A stretch of DNA of 20,000 nucleotides from Saprolegnia diclina VS20 (lineage: Eukaryota). The stretch is taken from contig NW_008246075.1 of the NCBI RefSeq assembly GCF_000281045.1, positions 478,953-498,952 on the forward strand, in the 5' to 3' direction. Below are positions 1 through 9,614 of this stretch, one piece after another. The stretch's first letter is position 1, and each line of letters begins with the position of its first letter. The notes under the pieces were generated by a model, which saw only the letters and a program-made list of their open reading frames with translations, searched no databases and was not told the origin of the DNA. Position numbers and translations under genes: made by a program.

Positions 1-278
1 CCCTTGCCGCCTCAACAACCGCTTGTTGCGATCCCGCCACATACGCATTACACGCTCGGTCGCGCCATTGCTGTCGCCTGCTAGCGTGGCGAGGCTGCGC
101 GTGCGGTGGCCATGCGCTGGCGGTTTCCTGGCAACGACGCCACTTGGCACCCGAACTAGCGGCCGACGCCGGCCTCGCGAGCCTTCGGACGTGCGACATG
201 CCCCTGCCGGCGGCAGACCAACTTCAAGAACCATCGGCGTCGCACCGCCCACAGCCCGCTTTGCTTGCCGTTGAGGTC

Positions 279-457
279 CTGATTGGCTGCCTTTCACCTT
301 ATGCGACACGCTCGAATCCGCACTTGCTCCGTCTTTAGCTTGGTTTTTGTATACATCGCACTTGAGCGGGTCGACGGCAGTGGATCGGATTGGCCGTGAG
401 AGTGGGATGACGTCATCCGAGCGCGTGGGGCGCCGTTGAGTTTTCACTTTGGAATTT
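279..457 (+). promoter_or_regulatory. Transaldolase promoter: reverse CCAAT boxes, palindromic CRE-like site, Inr/FPR-like core
   Basis: CTGATTGGCTG 279-289 and GATTGG 388-393; perfect palindrome GGATGACGTCATCC 405-418; TCACTTTGGAATTT 444-457 resembles the oomycete YCAYTYY..CAWTTT core, about 40 nt before the ATG. Confidence 0.55.
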
Positions 458-487
458 CCCTCGAAGCCTCCACTCAGTTCTATTACC

Positions 488-1453
488 ATGGCGTCGCAAC
501 TCGACCAGCTCAAGCACCTCACGACCGTCGTCGCCGACACGGGCGACTTTGCCTCGATCGCCAAGTACCAGCCGCAGGACGCGACGACGAACCCGTCGCT
601 CCTCTTCAAGGCCGCGCAGATGCCCCAGTACGCGGACCTCGTCACGGACGCGATCGCGTACGGCCAGTCGCTCTCGGGCGTCACGGACGAAGAGCGCCTC
701 GGCCACATCATTGACCAGCTCAGCGTCAACTTTGGCAAGAAGATCCTCGAGATCGTGCCCGGCTACGTCTCGACCGAAGTCGACGCGCGCCTCAGCTTTG
801 ACACGGCCGCCACGATCGACCGCGCCCACCGCATCATTGGTATGTACGAAGCCGCGGGCATCAGCAAGGACCGCATTTTGATCAAGATTGCCAGCACGTG
901 GGAAGGCATTGAGGCCTGCAAGTTCCTTCAGCAGGAGGGCATCAAGTGCAACATGACGCTCCTCTTTGGCTTCCCCCAGGCCGTTGCGTGTGCCGAAGCC
1001 GACGCGACGCTCATCTCGCCGTTCGTCGGCCGCATCTTGGACTGGTACAAGGCCAAGACGGGCAAGGCGTACACGTCGGTCGAGGACCCGGGCGTCGTCT
1101 CGGTCACCAACATTTACAACTACTACAAGAAGCACGGCTACAGCACGATTGTGATGGGCGCCAGCTTCCGCAACACGGGCGAAGTGCTCGAGCTTGCCGG
1201 CTGCGACCGCCTCACGATCTCGCCCAACCTCCTCGAAGAGCTCGCCAACTCGACGGACGTCGTCACGAAGAAGCTCGACGCCGAGGCCGCGCAGGCCAAC
1301 TACAACGGCGCCAAGGTGACCTTCACGGAGAAGGAGTTCCGCTTCGCTATGAACGAAGATGCGATGGCCACCGAGAAGCTCTCGGAAGGTATCCGCGGCT
1401 TCTGCGCCGACATTGTCAAGCTCGAGGACATCCTCAAGGCCAAGCTCCAGTAA
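488..1453 (+). CDS. TAL: Transaldolase (TalB/eukaryotic type), 321 aa, intronless
   Basis: ATG at 488, TAA at 1451-1453. Hallmark motifs [38 protein letters not shown] (Schiff-base Lys), [32 protein letters not shown]. Confidence 0.98.
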   Translation: MASQLDQLKHLTTVVADTGDFASIAKYQPQDATTNPSLLFKAAQMPQYADLVTDAIAYGQSLSGVTDEERLGHIIDQLSVNFGKKILEIVPGYVSTEVDARLSFDTAATIDRAHRIIGMYEAAGISKDRILIKIASTWEGIEACKFLQQEGIKCNMTLLFGFPQAVACAEADATLISPFVGRILDWYKAKTGKAYTSVEDPGVVSVTNIYNYYKKHGYSTIVMGASFRNTGEVLELAGCDRLTISPNLLEELANSTDVVTKKLDAEAAQANYNGAKVTFTEKEFRFAMNEDAMATEKLSEGIRGFCADIVKLEDILKAKLQ

Positions 1454-2838
1454 TTCTTCTTCATAGCCCCTAATCCATCTAGTTTTTTTGTACTCGGGTG
1501 TAAAGCCGGACATCAGCCGTCACAGAACCGACTGTGACTGGCGACGTTGGCGGTTTCGTTGCAGATATCGAGGCTGCTTGCAGCGGCGTCGTGGCAACAG
1601 GTTGTCTCCCACCTTCGGGAGGTATGTGGCCATATCGGAGCATCGCAATCGTCTCTTCGAACGCAGACATACCAAGACTCTTTGGTGGTGCCAAGGTACA
1701 GTCTGTAGTGACATCGGGCACTCAAAGGGCTTGTGGGGTTTGTCACCCCAAAGTCCGAGACGATGCTATAGGAGTGCGGAAGGTACAAGTCCGAGAGGTT
1801 GCATCTCGGCGAACAAGAGATGGCGTTGAAGCAGATCTCACGGGACGCCGTGACAGCGCCTGGTCACGCAAATGACGTGGCGGCAGGACAGGTTAAAACG
1901 CCTCATATCCGGATAAATCCGGATAAACAACCCGAACAACCTGCCATTTGCATCGAGAGGAATGCGCCTGTGACGTGGCCCTCTGTGCAGGCACACCCAG
2001 CCCAACTTAAACGTCGAGTGGCCCCAGCCCACTGCTCTTGATATACATGTAATGTATATACTCTTCACGCCCTTGCGTTTTGCAGGGCGAGCAAGGCGCG
2101 TCTATTCAAAGGCAAAATGCTCGCGCAAGGGCTGCCAGGCATCGACGGCAACGCTCTAAACCTCGCAGCCTCGTGGCAATCAATGATTCTCGCCCACATC
2201 TGGACCTTGACGGCAACAACATTGTCAAATGTAGAAGCGGTGAAGGAGGTTGTCGTCCGGCTCTGGCGTCGTCTGGAATCGTCATGTGTTGATGGTTGTG
2301 TACCCAGCATCCGCATCAACTGCGTAACCCTCTGCGGCGGACTGGGGATTGTAAAACAAAGCGACGAGGCTCATCATGCAGGCAAGTCTGTAGACCCATC
2401 TTTTCACACCCTTTTCATTATTGGCTGGGTCCAATCTCCAAGCTCCAATGACGCAGAATGCATGACGCACATGCCAAAAATCCAGCAGACAACCATCCAT
2501 ACCACTGGCCTACAAGACCAGGTGCACAGCGTTTGGCCGACCAGCGACTCGAGAATGGCACTGTATGAAGATACCTCGCAAAATGCACTTGGCAGCAAGA
2601 GGGGCGTGCATGAGACGATGCACCGAGCATGGCGGGAGTGCCACAACGTCATAGAAGGGCAGGTGGGACCCCGGGGCACAGGGCCATGGAAGCCAAAATA
2701 AAAACCAGCACCAAGACAACCCAGCCACGAATCCAGTATTTAATTCGTTTGATATACAACATTTGTATTGGGAATAAAATATCGGCAATATTAATATTGC
2801 AACATGTCGCAGCCCCAGCGAACTACGCCAGCGAGATG

Positions 2839-2853
2839 TCATTTCCGCGATTG
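2839..2853 (+). promoter_or_regulatory. Oomycete Inr/FPR-like core promoter of the channel gene
   Basis: TCATTTCCGCGATTG about 30 nt upstream of ATG 2870, preceded by an AT-rich tract (about 2735-2800). Confidence 0.5.
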
Positions 2854-2869
2854 AACTCGACCGGCAGCG

Positions 2870-5800
2870 ATGCTCCATCGGTCGAGCAAGACGCTGCAGG
2901 ACAATGGCGTCATCCTCGAGGACGACGCCGAGAATGAGAAGGCGCCGGACGAGGCGCCCAAGCCCGTCGCCAAGCAGGCCTCGGACCACTCGCTCTTGAC
3001 GCGCGAGGAGCTGGAAGCACTTGAGCCGCCGCCGGGCCCTCGAACCACATCGTTTGCCGAGCCGCCGCCGAGCCCTGGTGGTCGCGCACGGTCACGTAGT
3101 ACGAACGACATACAAACAACGATCCCGCGGCCGCCTGCGCGCAGCAACAGCCACACGCTCGAAACCTCGAGCGCGGTCGAGGAAGCGCCGTTCCTGGGCC
3201 TCCCACCTTCGTCCGACAAGCGCGCCGAGGTCAAGGCGCGCAAGCCGTTGCTCATGAAGAGTCGATCGAGCGGGCAATGGCTCGCGGCCGCGGCCAAGCT
3301 CAAGAAGAAGCGTACTTCGGGTATTGCCGAAAAGGCCAAGGACGACAATGCCGCAAGCGCGACGCCGACGTCCAAGTCGCTGGCCGACGTCGCCAAGAAG
3401 GTTGTCGCATCCCGTCGCGCGGCCAACTCGTTCAAGTCCATGTGGCCCAAGGACCACCCGAGCAGCGGCAGCTTTACAACGATCCACGGCCTCCATCTCG
3501 AAAAAAAGAAGCTCGACTTGCGCATTCTCAACGCGCAGTACAAGGAGGTCAAGCGCTCAGAGTTTTACGAAGAGCTCGTCGTCTACTGCGTCTTCCTCCT
3601 CCTCTTTTTCCAGCTGCTCAGCGGCCTCCCGTTCCACGGCTCGTTCCAGCAGAGCGACGTGACGGTCGACTTGACGTGCAGTGTGCCCGAGGTCTGCTCG
3701 GTCTCGTCGCCCGATGGCATCTACAGCTTTGCCAAGCATTTGCAGTCGCGCATCTGCCACGCGCCGGCCGCTGCGTCACCCACGACCTTCCAGACCTGGA
3801 CGCGCGTCGGCGGCGTCCGCTTTCGCCAGATCCGCGTCAAGCCAGAGAAGTGCGCGCTGAGCTTTCTTCACGACGACAAGCAGACGTGCTACCCCGAGTT
3901 TGACGACGCGCTCGAGGAGAAGGCGGCGCTGTTCGGCGCAAACCGCACGTATGTGTGGCACAATGACTTTGAGCCGCTCATTCCGGGGCAAAACTCGCGC
4001 TTTACTACGACGTCGTACGGCACGGGCGGGTACGCGGTCGACCTCTGCGAGATTGGTGATGTGGACGAGCTCGAAGCCGACAGCTACCTCGACATGGCGA
4101 CCCGCGCCGTCTCGCTCGAGTTTGTGGTCGTGAACCCGTCGACGCATGTATTTACGATCGCGTCGCACGAGTTTGTGATTCGCCCGTCGGGCCACCTCGA
4201 ACAGTACTCGCAAAGTGCGAGCATCCGCGTGCTCGGCCTCGATGCCTCGCCGTCGTCGCTCTCGTCCTGGCTGTGGTGGTGCGACGCGCAGTACCTTCTC
4301 TTGCTCGCGGTCGTCGGCTTTGTGGGTACGTACCTACGCGGCGAGATTTCCGAGATTGTCAAGATGGGCATCACCTCGTACTTGACGCTCGACGGCTGGA
4401 ACCTCTTTGAGATGGCGCACTTGCTCGCGGTCATTTGCACCGTCTTGCACATTTTCGTGTACTTTGGCCAGTGCCGCGCCACGATCCGAGCGGTCCACGG
4501 CGTCGACGACAATGACGGCGACGTGCTCGAGGTGCACACGCACATGCTCATGCTGCTCGACACGTTTCTCTCGCTGAGCGACTATGCAGCGCTCTCGTCG
4601 GCGTTTTCGCTTTTGAAAGTGTTCAAGTTTTTGCGTATGAACTCGACGTTGAACTTGCTCTGGCAAGTGCTGGGCATGGCGCTCCGCGACCTCATGGGGT
4701 ACCTCGTCATCTTCCAGCTCATCTTCCTCTCGTACTCGACGATGGGCTCGTATGCATTTGGCTTTGACCTCGAGGAATTCTCGACCATCTCCAAGAGCTA
4801 TGGCACGTGCTTTCACATGCTGGCCGGCGACTTCCCGTACGACCGCCTCCAGCAGGCCAACCCGCGCTTGGCGCCCTTCTTCTTTGTGACGTTTGTCGTG
4901 CTCGTGCTGCAAATCATGGTCAACATGTTTGTGGCCATCCTCTCCGAGTACTATGACAACGCCAAGGGCGTCGGGTCGGACGAAGACGACGTCGAGTACG
5001 ATATCATTACGCGCGCCAAGGAGTTTATGAGCTCGTGCTCGCCGTCGGTCGAGCTCCGGAACCGCGAAAGCATCGTGCTCCGGCCCAACCAAACCGTTCG
5101 GCTCATCTCGACCAACCTCGTCGATAAGGAGCTCACGCGCCAGCGCGCAAAGAAGCTCTTCCGCGGCGCGGTCTGGCGCGTCGTGGCGCTTCTCCGGTTT
5201 GGCGTCAAGTTTGACACGCGGCTCGACTTTGACCGGTCCAAGGCGCCGACTGCGTCGCACGACCCGAACCGCATGACGTACATTCCGCTCTCGGAGAACT
5301 TCGACCACGCGACCATCAAGATGCTTTTGCCCAAGGGCATTACGATCCGGTTCACGGGCGACTCGATCCTTGGTCAAGATTTGCTCTTGCGCGTCGTCGA
5401 CCACAACAGCTTGTCGGTCTCGTGCGTGGTCCTCAGTCACGACGATGACGACGACGACGTCATGGAGCTTGCGGGCGGCGAGACGCTCCGGCTTCCGATG
5501 CGGCTCTTTGGCATTCATGTGCTGCGCATTCTACTGAGCGAGCTCCGAGCCGCGATCCTGCGCGCGACCAAGTGGTGGGATCCGTACGAGGCGCACTTGG
5601 TCGACGACTACCACTTGTACCAGCTCCTCAAGGACGAGCGCGAGCGGGGCAAGACGACATTGCGGTTTGACGAGCTCTCGCGCCTCTTGGACTTGTACCT
5701 CCGCAAGGAGAAGCGCAATGGCGAGATCGACCAAGCGCACGTCAAGCGGGAGACGGCGCTCGTCATGTACCGGTTCCGCAATTCGCTGATCGATATGCCG

Positions 5801-6662
5801 TCGCGCGAGAAGGAAGGCCACGAGTACATTCCCAACCCGATCGACACGAGCATGGTCGAGGTACAAATATATTTCTTGGCAAACAGTATTGTGGTTTGAC
5901 GGACATGTGGTAGCTCGGTCCCAACTTGCTCGCGCTCGGCGAAGCCATGGCCGAGAACGTCCACGACATCTGGGCGATCGAGCGCATCGAGCAGGGCTGG
6001 AGCTGGGGTCCGCGCCGCGACGATACGCTCAAGACGCACCCGAACTTGATCCCGTACGCGGAAATGTCGGAAGCCGAGCAGAGCTACGACGTGCGCACGT
6101 CGATGGAGACGATCAAGACGATCATTGCGATGAAGTACACGATCGTACGCGCGCTCAAGTGGGCGAGAAGCCTCATGCACTCGTCGAGCAACGTCTCGAG
6201 CTCGTCGAGTGGCGACAAGGGCATCCCGCTCGCGTCGTCGCCAAAAGCCAGCACGCTCGTCAAGTCTTTTTCGCTGCGGGACGTGTCGCATACGATCAAG
6301 TATGGCAGCGACGGCCAGGTACGCAAGCAATCGAACTTTCGCGTTGATGGATATCGATATAGGTGTACACGCCGCGACCGGTCGACACGTCGCAGGTGGT
6401 CTTTCCGCAGGGCCTCAAGCGGCTCATGGACTTGCTTGCGGAGAACGCGCACGAAGTGTGGTCCAAAGGCCGCATGGACGACGGCTGGACGTACGGCCAA
6501 GCGCGCAACGATAAGCTCAAGAAGCACGTGTGTCTCGTGCCGTACGTGTTTCTCACGGACGCAGAGAAGGACTACGACATCAAGACGGCCGAGGCGACGC
6601 TCAAGATGCTCTACGCCCTCGGGTACCACATTGTCGACTCGAACGGCGTCGCGCTCTCGTAG
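2870..6662 (+). CDS. PKDRR: Polycystin-2 (TRPP)-like cation channel fused to two RyR repeats (oomycete PKDRR type), about 1231 aa, 3 exons
   Basis: Exons 2870-5860, 5914-6318, 6363-6662; GT-AG introns 5861-5913 and 6319-6362, both phase 0. Polycystin domain motifs GGVRFRQIRV..EKC, YGTGGYAVDL, YLDMATRAVSLEF. S2-S6 with DGWNLFE, LLKVFKFL and pore/S6 FHMLAGDF..ANPRLAPFFFVTF..VNMFVAILSEYY. RyR repeats YIPNPIDTS..AENVHDIWA..GWSWGPRRDD..HPNLIPY and YTPRPVDTS..LAENAHEVWS..GWTYG..RND..HVCLVPY..EKDYD. Confidence 0.93.
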
Positions 6663-6797
6663 GATAGCAGTATACTAGGTGTAGGAGTTCGCAATGGTAT
6701 CGATAGAATCTGGATTGCCCATGGGGCATCCGACGAAATACAAGTCTCTTTATTCTTGACGTTTACCTCGGAATGCAAGTGGCGTCGCGATTGGAGG

Positions 6798-6888
<91 letters not shown>
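6798..6888. repeat. (ATCT)n / (GATA)n tetranucleotide microsatellite, about 22.75 perfect units
   Basis: Uninterrupted ATCT run of 91 nt, decaying into AATATCTATATGTATATATCC. Confidence 0.99.
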
Positions 6889-6913
6889 AATATCTATATG
6901 TATATATCCATGA

Positions 6914-7660
6914 TTTCAGTGTGATGGCCACTTCTGCAGCCGTGCCCCGCCAAAGACAAACTACAAGCTCCCGACCCGCCATTTGGACGTCGACGACGAC
7001 TTTTACAAGCCGCCTGCAGCCGTCGCCTCCGCTGCCGAGCTCCGACTACCCGACGCCATCTTGCCCAAGTACGCCGACTTCGTCTACCAAGTGATGCTTC
7101 GCGCGGTCAAGCTCCGCGCTCATTTGCACTGGCTCGACACGGCCGACCAGGCGTGCCTCTTTTGCCCCGAGCACGAGACGTACCACCACTTCCTCGTCGA
7201 CTGTGACTTCATCCAGGACGTGTGGAACACGCTCCACGTGGTCACAGGTCTTGCCGACAACACTCTCGGGCTACCTCTACTCGACGCCCAAGACAGCCTC
7301 CAACATGCACCGAGCCGCGTTCCGCTACCTCTGGCCAGTGCTCCGCGCCTGCGTCTGGTTCAACGTCTGGCGCGTCCGAAACGATCGCGTCTTTCGCGCC
7401 GACCTCCCACTGCCATGTCCGAGCACAGTCAAGGCGGCGCGTGCCGCTCAAATGCACTTGCACCACAGCCTCGTTCAAAGGCTCGGACAGATGGCTCTCG
7501 ATCGCCTTCTCCGGCTCCTCGCTCAACACGAGTGCCAGCACCTTGTCCCGCGGATAGCACTCCTGCCTCCGCCGGCCTAGATCAAGATCAACTCCAGCGC
7601 CTACACAACGAAGAAAGTCCGACCATTTTATTTAGCGTAGATAATACGTATCTATTTTAA
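6914..7660 (+). mobile_element. 5'-truncated non-LTR retrotransposon (L1/Tx1-like) ORF2 C-terminal remnant: zf-RVT region, frameshifted
   Basis: Frame open from about 6914 gives LPKYADFVYQVMLRAV..CLFCPEHETYHHFLVDCDFIQDVW (CCHC zf-RVT pattern CxxC..ET..H...C). After a frameshift or deletion near 7245 a second frame gives LPTTLSGYLY..LRACVWFNVWRVRNDRVFR (W..W..RN.RVF, typical of L1-clade ORF2 ends), stop at 7580. No RT or endonuclease domain present; element boundaries are approximate. Confidence 0.85.
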
Positions 7661-8021
7661 TAGACGACCCACTTCAACAACACTTGAAATTCGTGTCCTG
7701 TCCACACCGACACGGTCCAGCCGATCGAGCCATCATTCCTGCAAATCAAAGTTTCGGAATGTTGGTAATGCGCCCTCTGGATTTTTGGGCGGTCCGGCAC
7801 TAGTCGACAAGGCGCTCACCGCGGCGCTAGCGGAAGAAACTGAACCGTCGTCCAATGCCTTCATCAATTTCATTTTGCAATGACCACCCGTTCCGACACG
7901 GAGCAGCTTTGACGTTGACGTGGATGGCGTGAGTCTGTGTCTGACAGCCCTGGTACTACTATGGGACCCAGGCGACGCCAAACGACGCCAGCGATTTCAT
8001 TTTTCAATCGACACAGTAGAA

Positions 8022-8522
8022 ATGAGTTCGGGCGAAGCGCTGATCACGGCGGATCCCTCCAAGAAGCCGTCGCGCGTGCGCAAGGTTGCCCCGTTCCTCT
8101 ATCTCGTCGCGGGGATCATTGCGATCATTCTCTACGCCGTGCTCTCGCTTCCGCCACGGTACTACTCGGAAGACGCGCCGGCATACAACAGCGCCGCCTG
8201 CAATGCCTGCAGAGTAGCTCCGCGCGCCAAGAGCTCCCCCATGAGCTGCCCCACTGCTCTGTTTCCGCAGCTCAAAAACACAATGCAGTTTTGCATCACG
8301 GCAGCGTCGACATCGTGCTGCTGTCCTACCAACGCTCGTCGCTACGGCTTTGAGTACGACGGAAGCTGCCCACCACCCGCGTCACCAACGTGCACGTGCA
8401 AGTTTGTCGACGCCCGCGGGGAGGGTGCTAGCATGTCCGACGGTCTCGTGATGCTGGTTTGCATTAGCTCTGCCATTTTTCTACTGTTGTCGTTCACGGT
8501 CTGGATGATCTGCGTCTATTAG
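8022..8522 (+). CDS. Hypothetical two-TM protein with 10-Cys loop (paralog 1), 166 aa
   Basis: ATG 8022 follows Inr-like TCATTTTTCAAT (7997-8008). TM FLYLVAGIIAIILYAVLSL, loop CNAC..CPTALF..MQFC..CCCP..YDGSCPP..TCTC, C-terminal TM LVMLVCISSAIFLLLSFTVWM. Clearly homologous to the next gene. Confidence 0.85.
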   Translation: MSSGEALITADPSKKPSRVRKVAPFLYLVAGIIAIILYAVLSLPPRYYSEDAPAYNSAACNACRVAPRAKSSPMSCPTALFPQLKNTMQFCITAASTSCCCPTNARRYGFEYDGSCPPPASPTCTCKFVDARGEGASMSDGLVMLVCISSAIFLLLSFTVWMICVY

Positions 8523-8759
8523 CAAGCTTGTAAAGTAGTACAATTGCAGTATAACTAGGACAAACAAGGAGCCCTTGTACATTATTATCCAAAAATACGA
8601 GTATGATTTAATCACCTTGGGTGGGCCACGTCATCAGGCTTGCCATGCTGCAAATGTTGCAGAATGGCAAGCCTGATGACTTGCCAAGCGGATGTGTGTT
8701 GTGCCAAACCATGTGATCAACAAAGTTGGCATATCTCAATCGATCACCACAGCGCACGA

Positions 8760-9257
8760 ATGACTGACTTTGTCGCTGCGACGCGTCCAAGTACTCTGTC
8801 AAGAACAGCGTTGATCCGTGCATCAATGGTACCCCTTGGCTACCTTCTCGTCGGGGCTGCCGCGATCGCCGCGTACGTAGTGCTCTCGATCGGTCCAGCC
8901 GAGTTTGTCGCGAACCCGCCCCCCTACCGCCTTAGCGCTTGCACAACGTGCAGTCTGCAAAACGCGTCCTCGACGTGCCCGACCGCGCTCTTTGCTCACG
9001 TTCCCGTCCCGATGCAGTTTTGCCACACGCTGGCTGCAGCGCCGTGCTGTTGTCCCACTGCAGCGACCCTCCGCTCCTACTATGACGGTTTCTGCCCGCC
9101 ACACGACGCGCGCACTTGCGTATGTACGTTCAGAGAAGTGTCCGACGACCACGGGATCATCGACATCACTGTTGTATGGAGGGCCAGTCTCGCCGCCATC
9201 TTTGTCCTAGTTTCGTTCTCAGTGTGGATGTACCGCCTCCATTATGCTTCACGATAA
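8760..9257 (+). CDS. Hypothetical two-TM protein with 10-Cys loop (paralog 2), 165 aa
   Basis: ATG 8760. TM LGYLLVGAAAIAAYVVLSI, loop CTTC..CPTALF..MQFC..CCCP..YDGFCPP..TCVC, C-terminal TM ASLAAIFVLVSFSVWM. Same architecture and nearly the same length as 8022-8522. Confidence 0.85.
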   Translation: MTDFVAATRPSTLSRTALIRASMVPLGYLLVGAAAIAAYVVLSIGPAEFVANPPPYRLSACTTCSLQNASSTCPTALFAHVPVPMQFCHTLAAAPCCCPTAATLRSYYDGFCPPHDARTCVCTFREVSDDHGIIDITVVWRASLAAIFVLVSFSVWMYRLHYASR

Positions 9258-9614
9258 CTCGAAATAAGACGTCCAACGTGCTAGATCTAGAACTACCGGT
9301 ACGGCCGGCCGGCAGAAAAGTGTCGAGCACAATTCTTTGCCACTTGCAGACGCCGATGCTATCGACGGGACTTGGACCCACGCCAGATTCTGGCAGAGCG
9401 CCAGAGTACAACGACTCACAACGGATCTGACAGAGCGTATCTCACTGGATAACAACAATTGACGACGCCATGTCACTGCTTTTCGACACCAGACGCCGCT
9501 CGATCGTGGCGCGAGCAATACAAACCTTTTCACACATGAAGTATGTACACTATTCGTACCCGGATAGTCGTCAATATCGATCTGGATACAAACTATCCGA
9601 CGCCGCCGATCGTC

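Noticed and set aside
1..338. Open frame 3-338 at the window start
   Set aside because: No recognisable motifs or host-like codon pattern, and it overlaps the transaldolase CCAAT box; cannot be supported.
413..1513. 366-aa minus-strand ORF antisense to transaldolase
   Set aside because: Shadow ORF produced by strong GC3 codon bias of the real gene; no independent motifs.
4334..5518. 394-aa antisense ORF within the channel gene (likewise 15119-16156 in the PLD)
   Set aside because: Same antisense shadow effect; fully overlaps a well-supported CDS.
6798..6888. Possible CRISPR or telomere-like array
   Set aside because: Simple 4-nt tandem repeat with no spacers, and not the TTTAGGG-type telomere repeat.
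6756..7094. ORF with IYLS repeats
   Set aside because: Translation of the ATCT microsatellite, not a protein.
7733..7981. 82-aa minus-strand ORF and extra Inr-like motifs near 7733 and 7870
   Set aside because: No domain similarity, non-ATG start, and only very short ORFs follow the Inr-like motifs.
7920..8021. Upstream extensions of ORFs (7920, 8640, 18146, 17586, 449)
   Set aside because: They use GTG/TTG starts, which are not expected in a eukaryote. Inr positions and paralog lengths support the downstream ATGs.
9281..9312. Polylinker-like run of short palindromes (CTAGATCTAG, TACCGGTA, GGCCGGCC)
   Set aside because: Short, plausible by chance, and no other vector features nearby.
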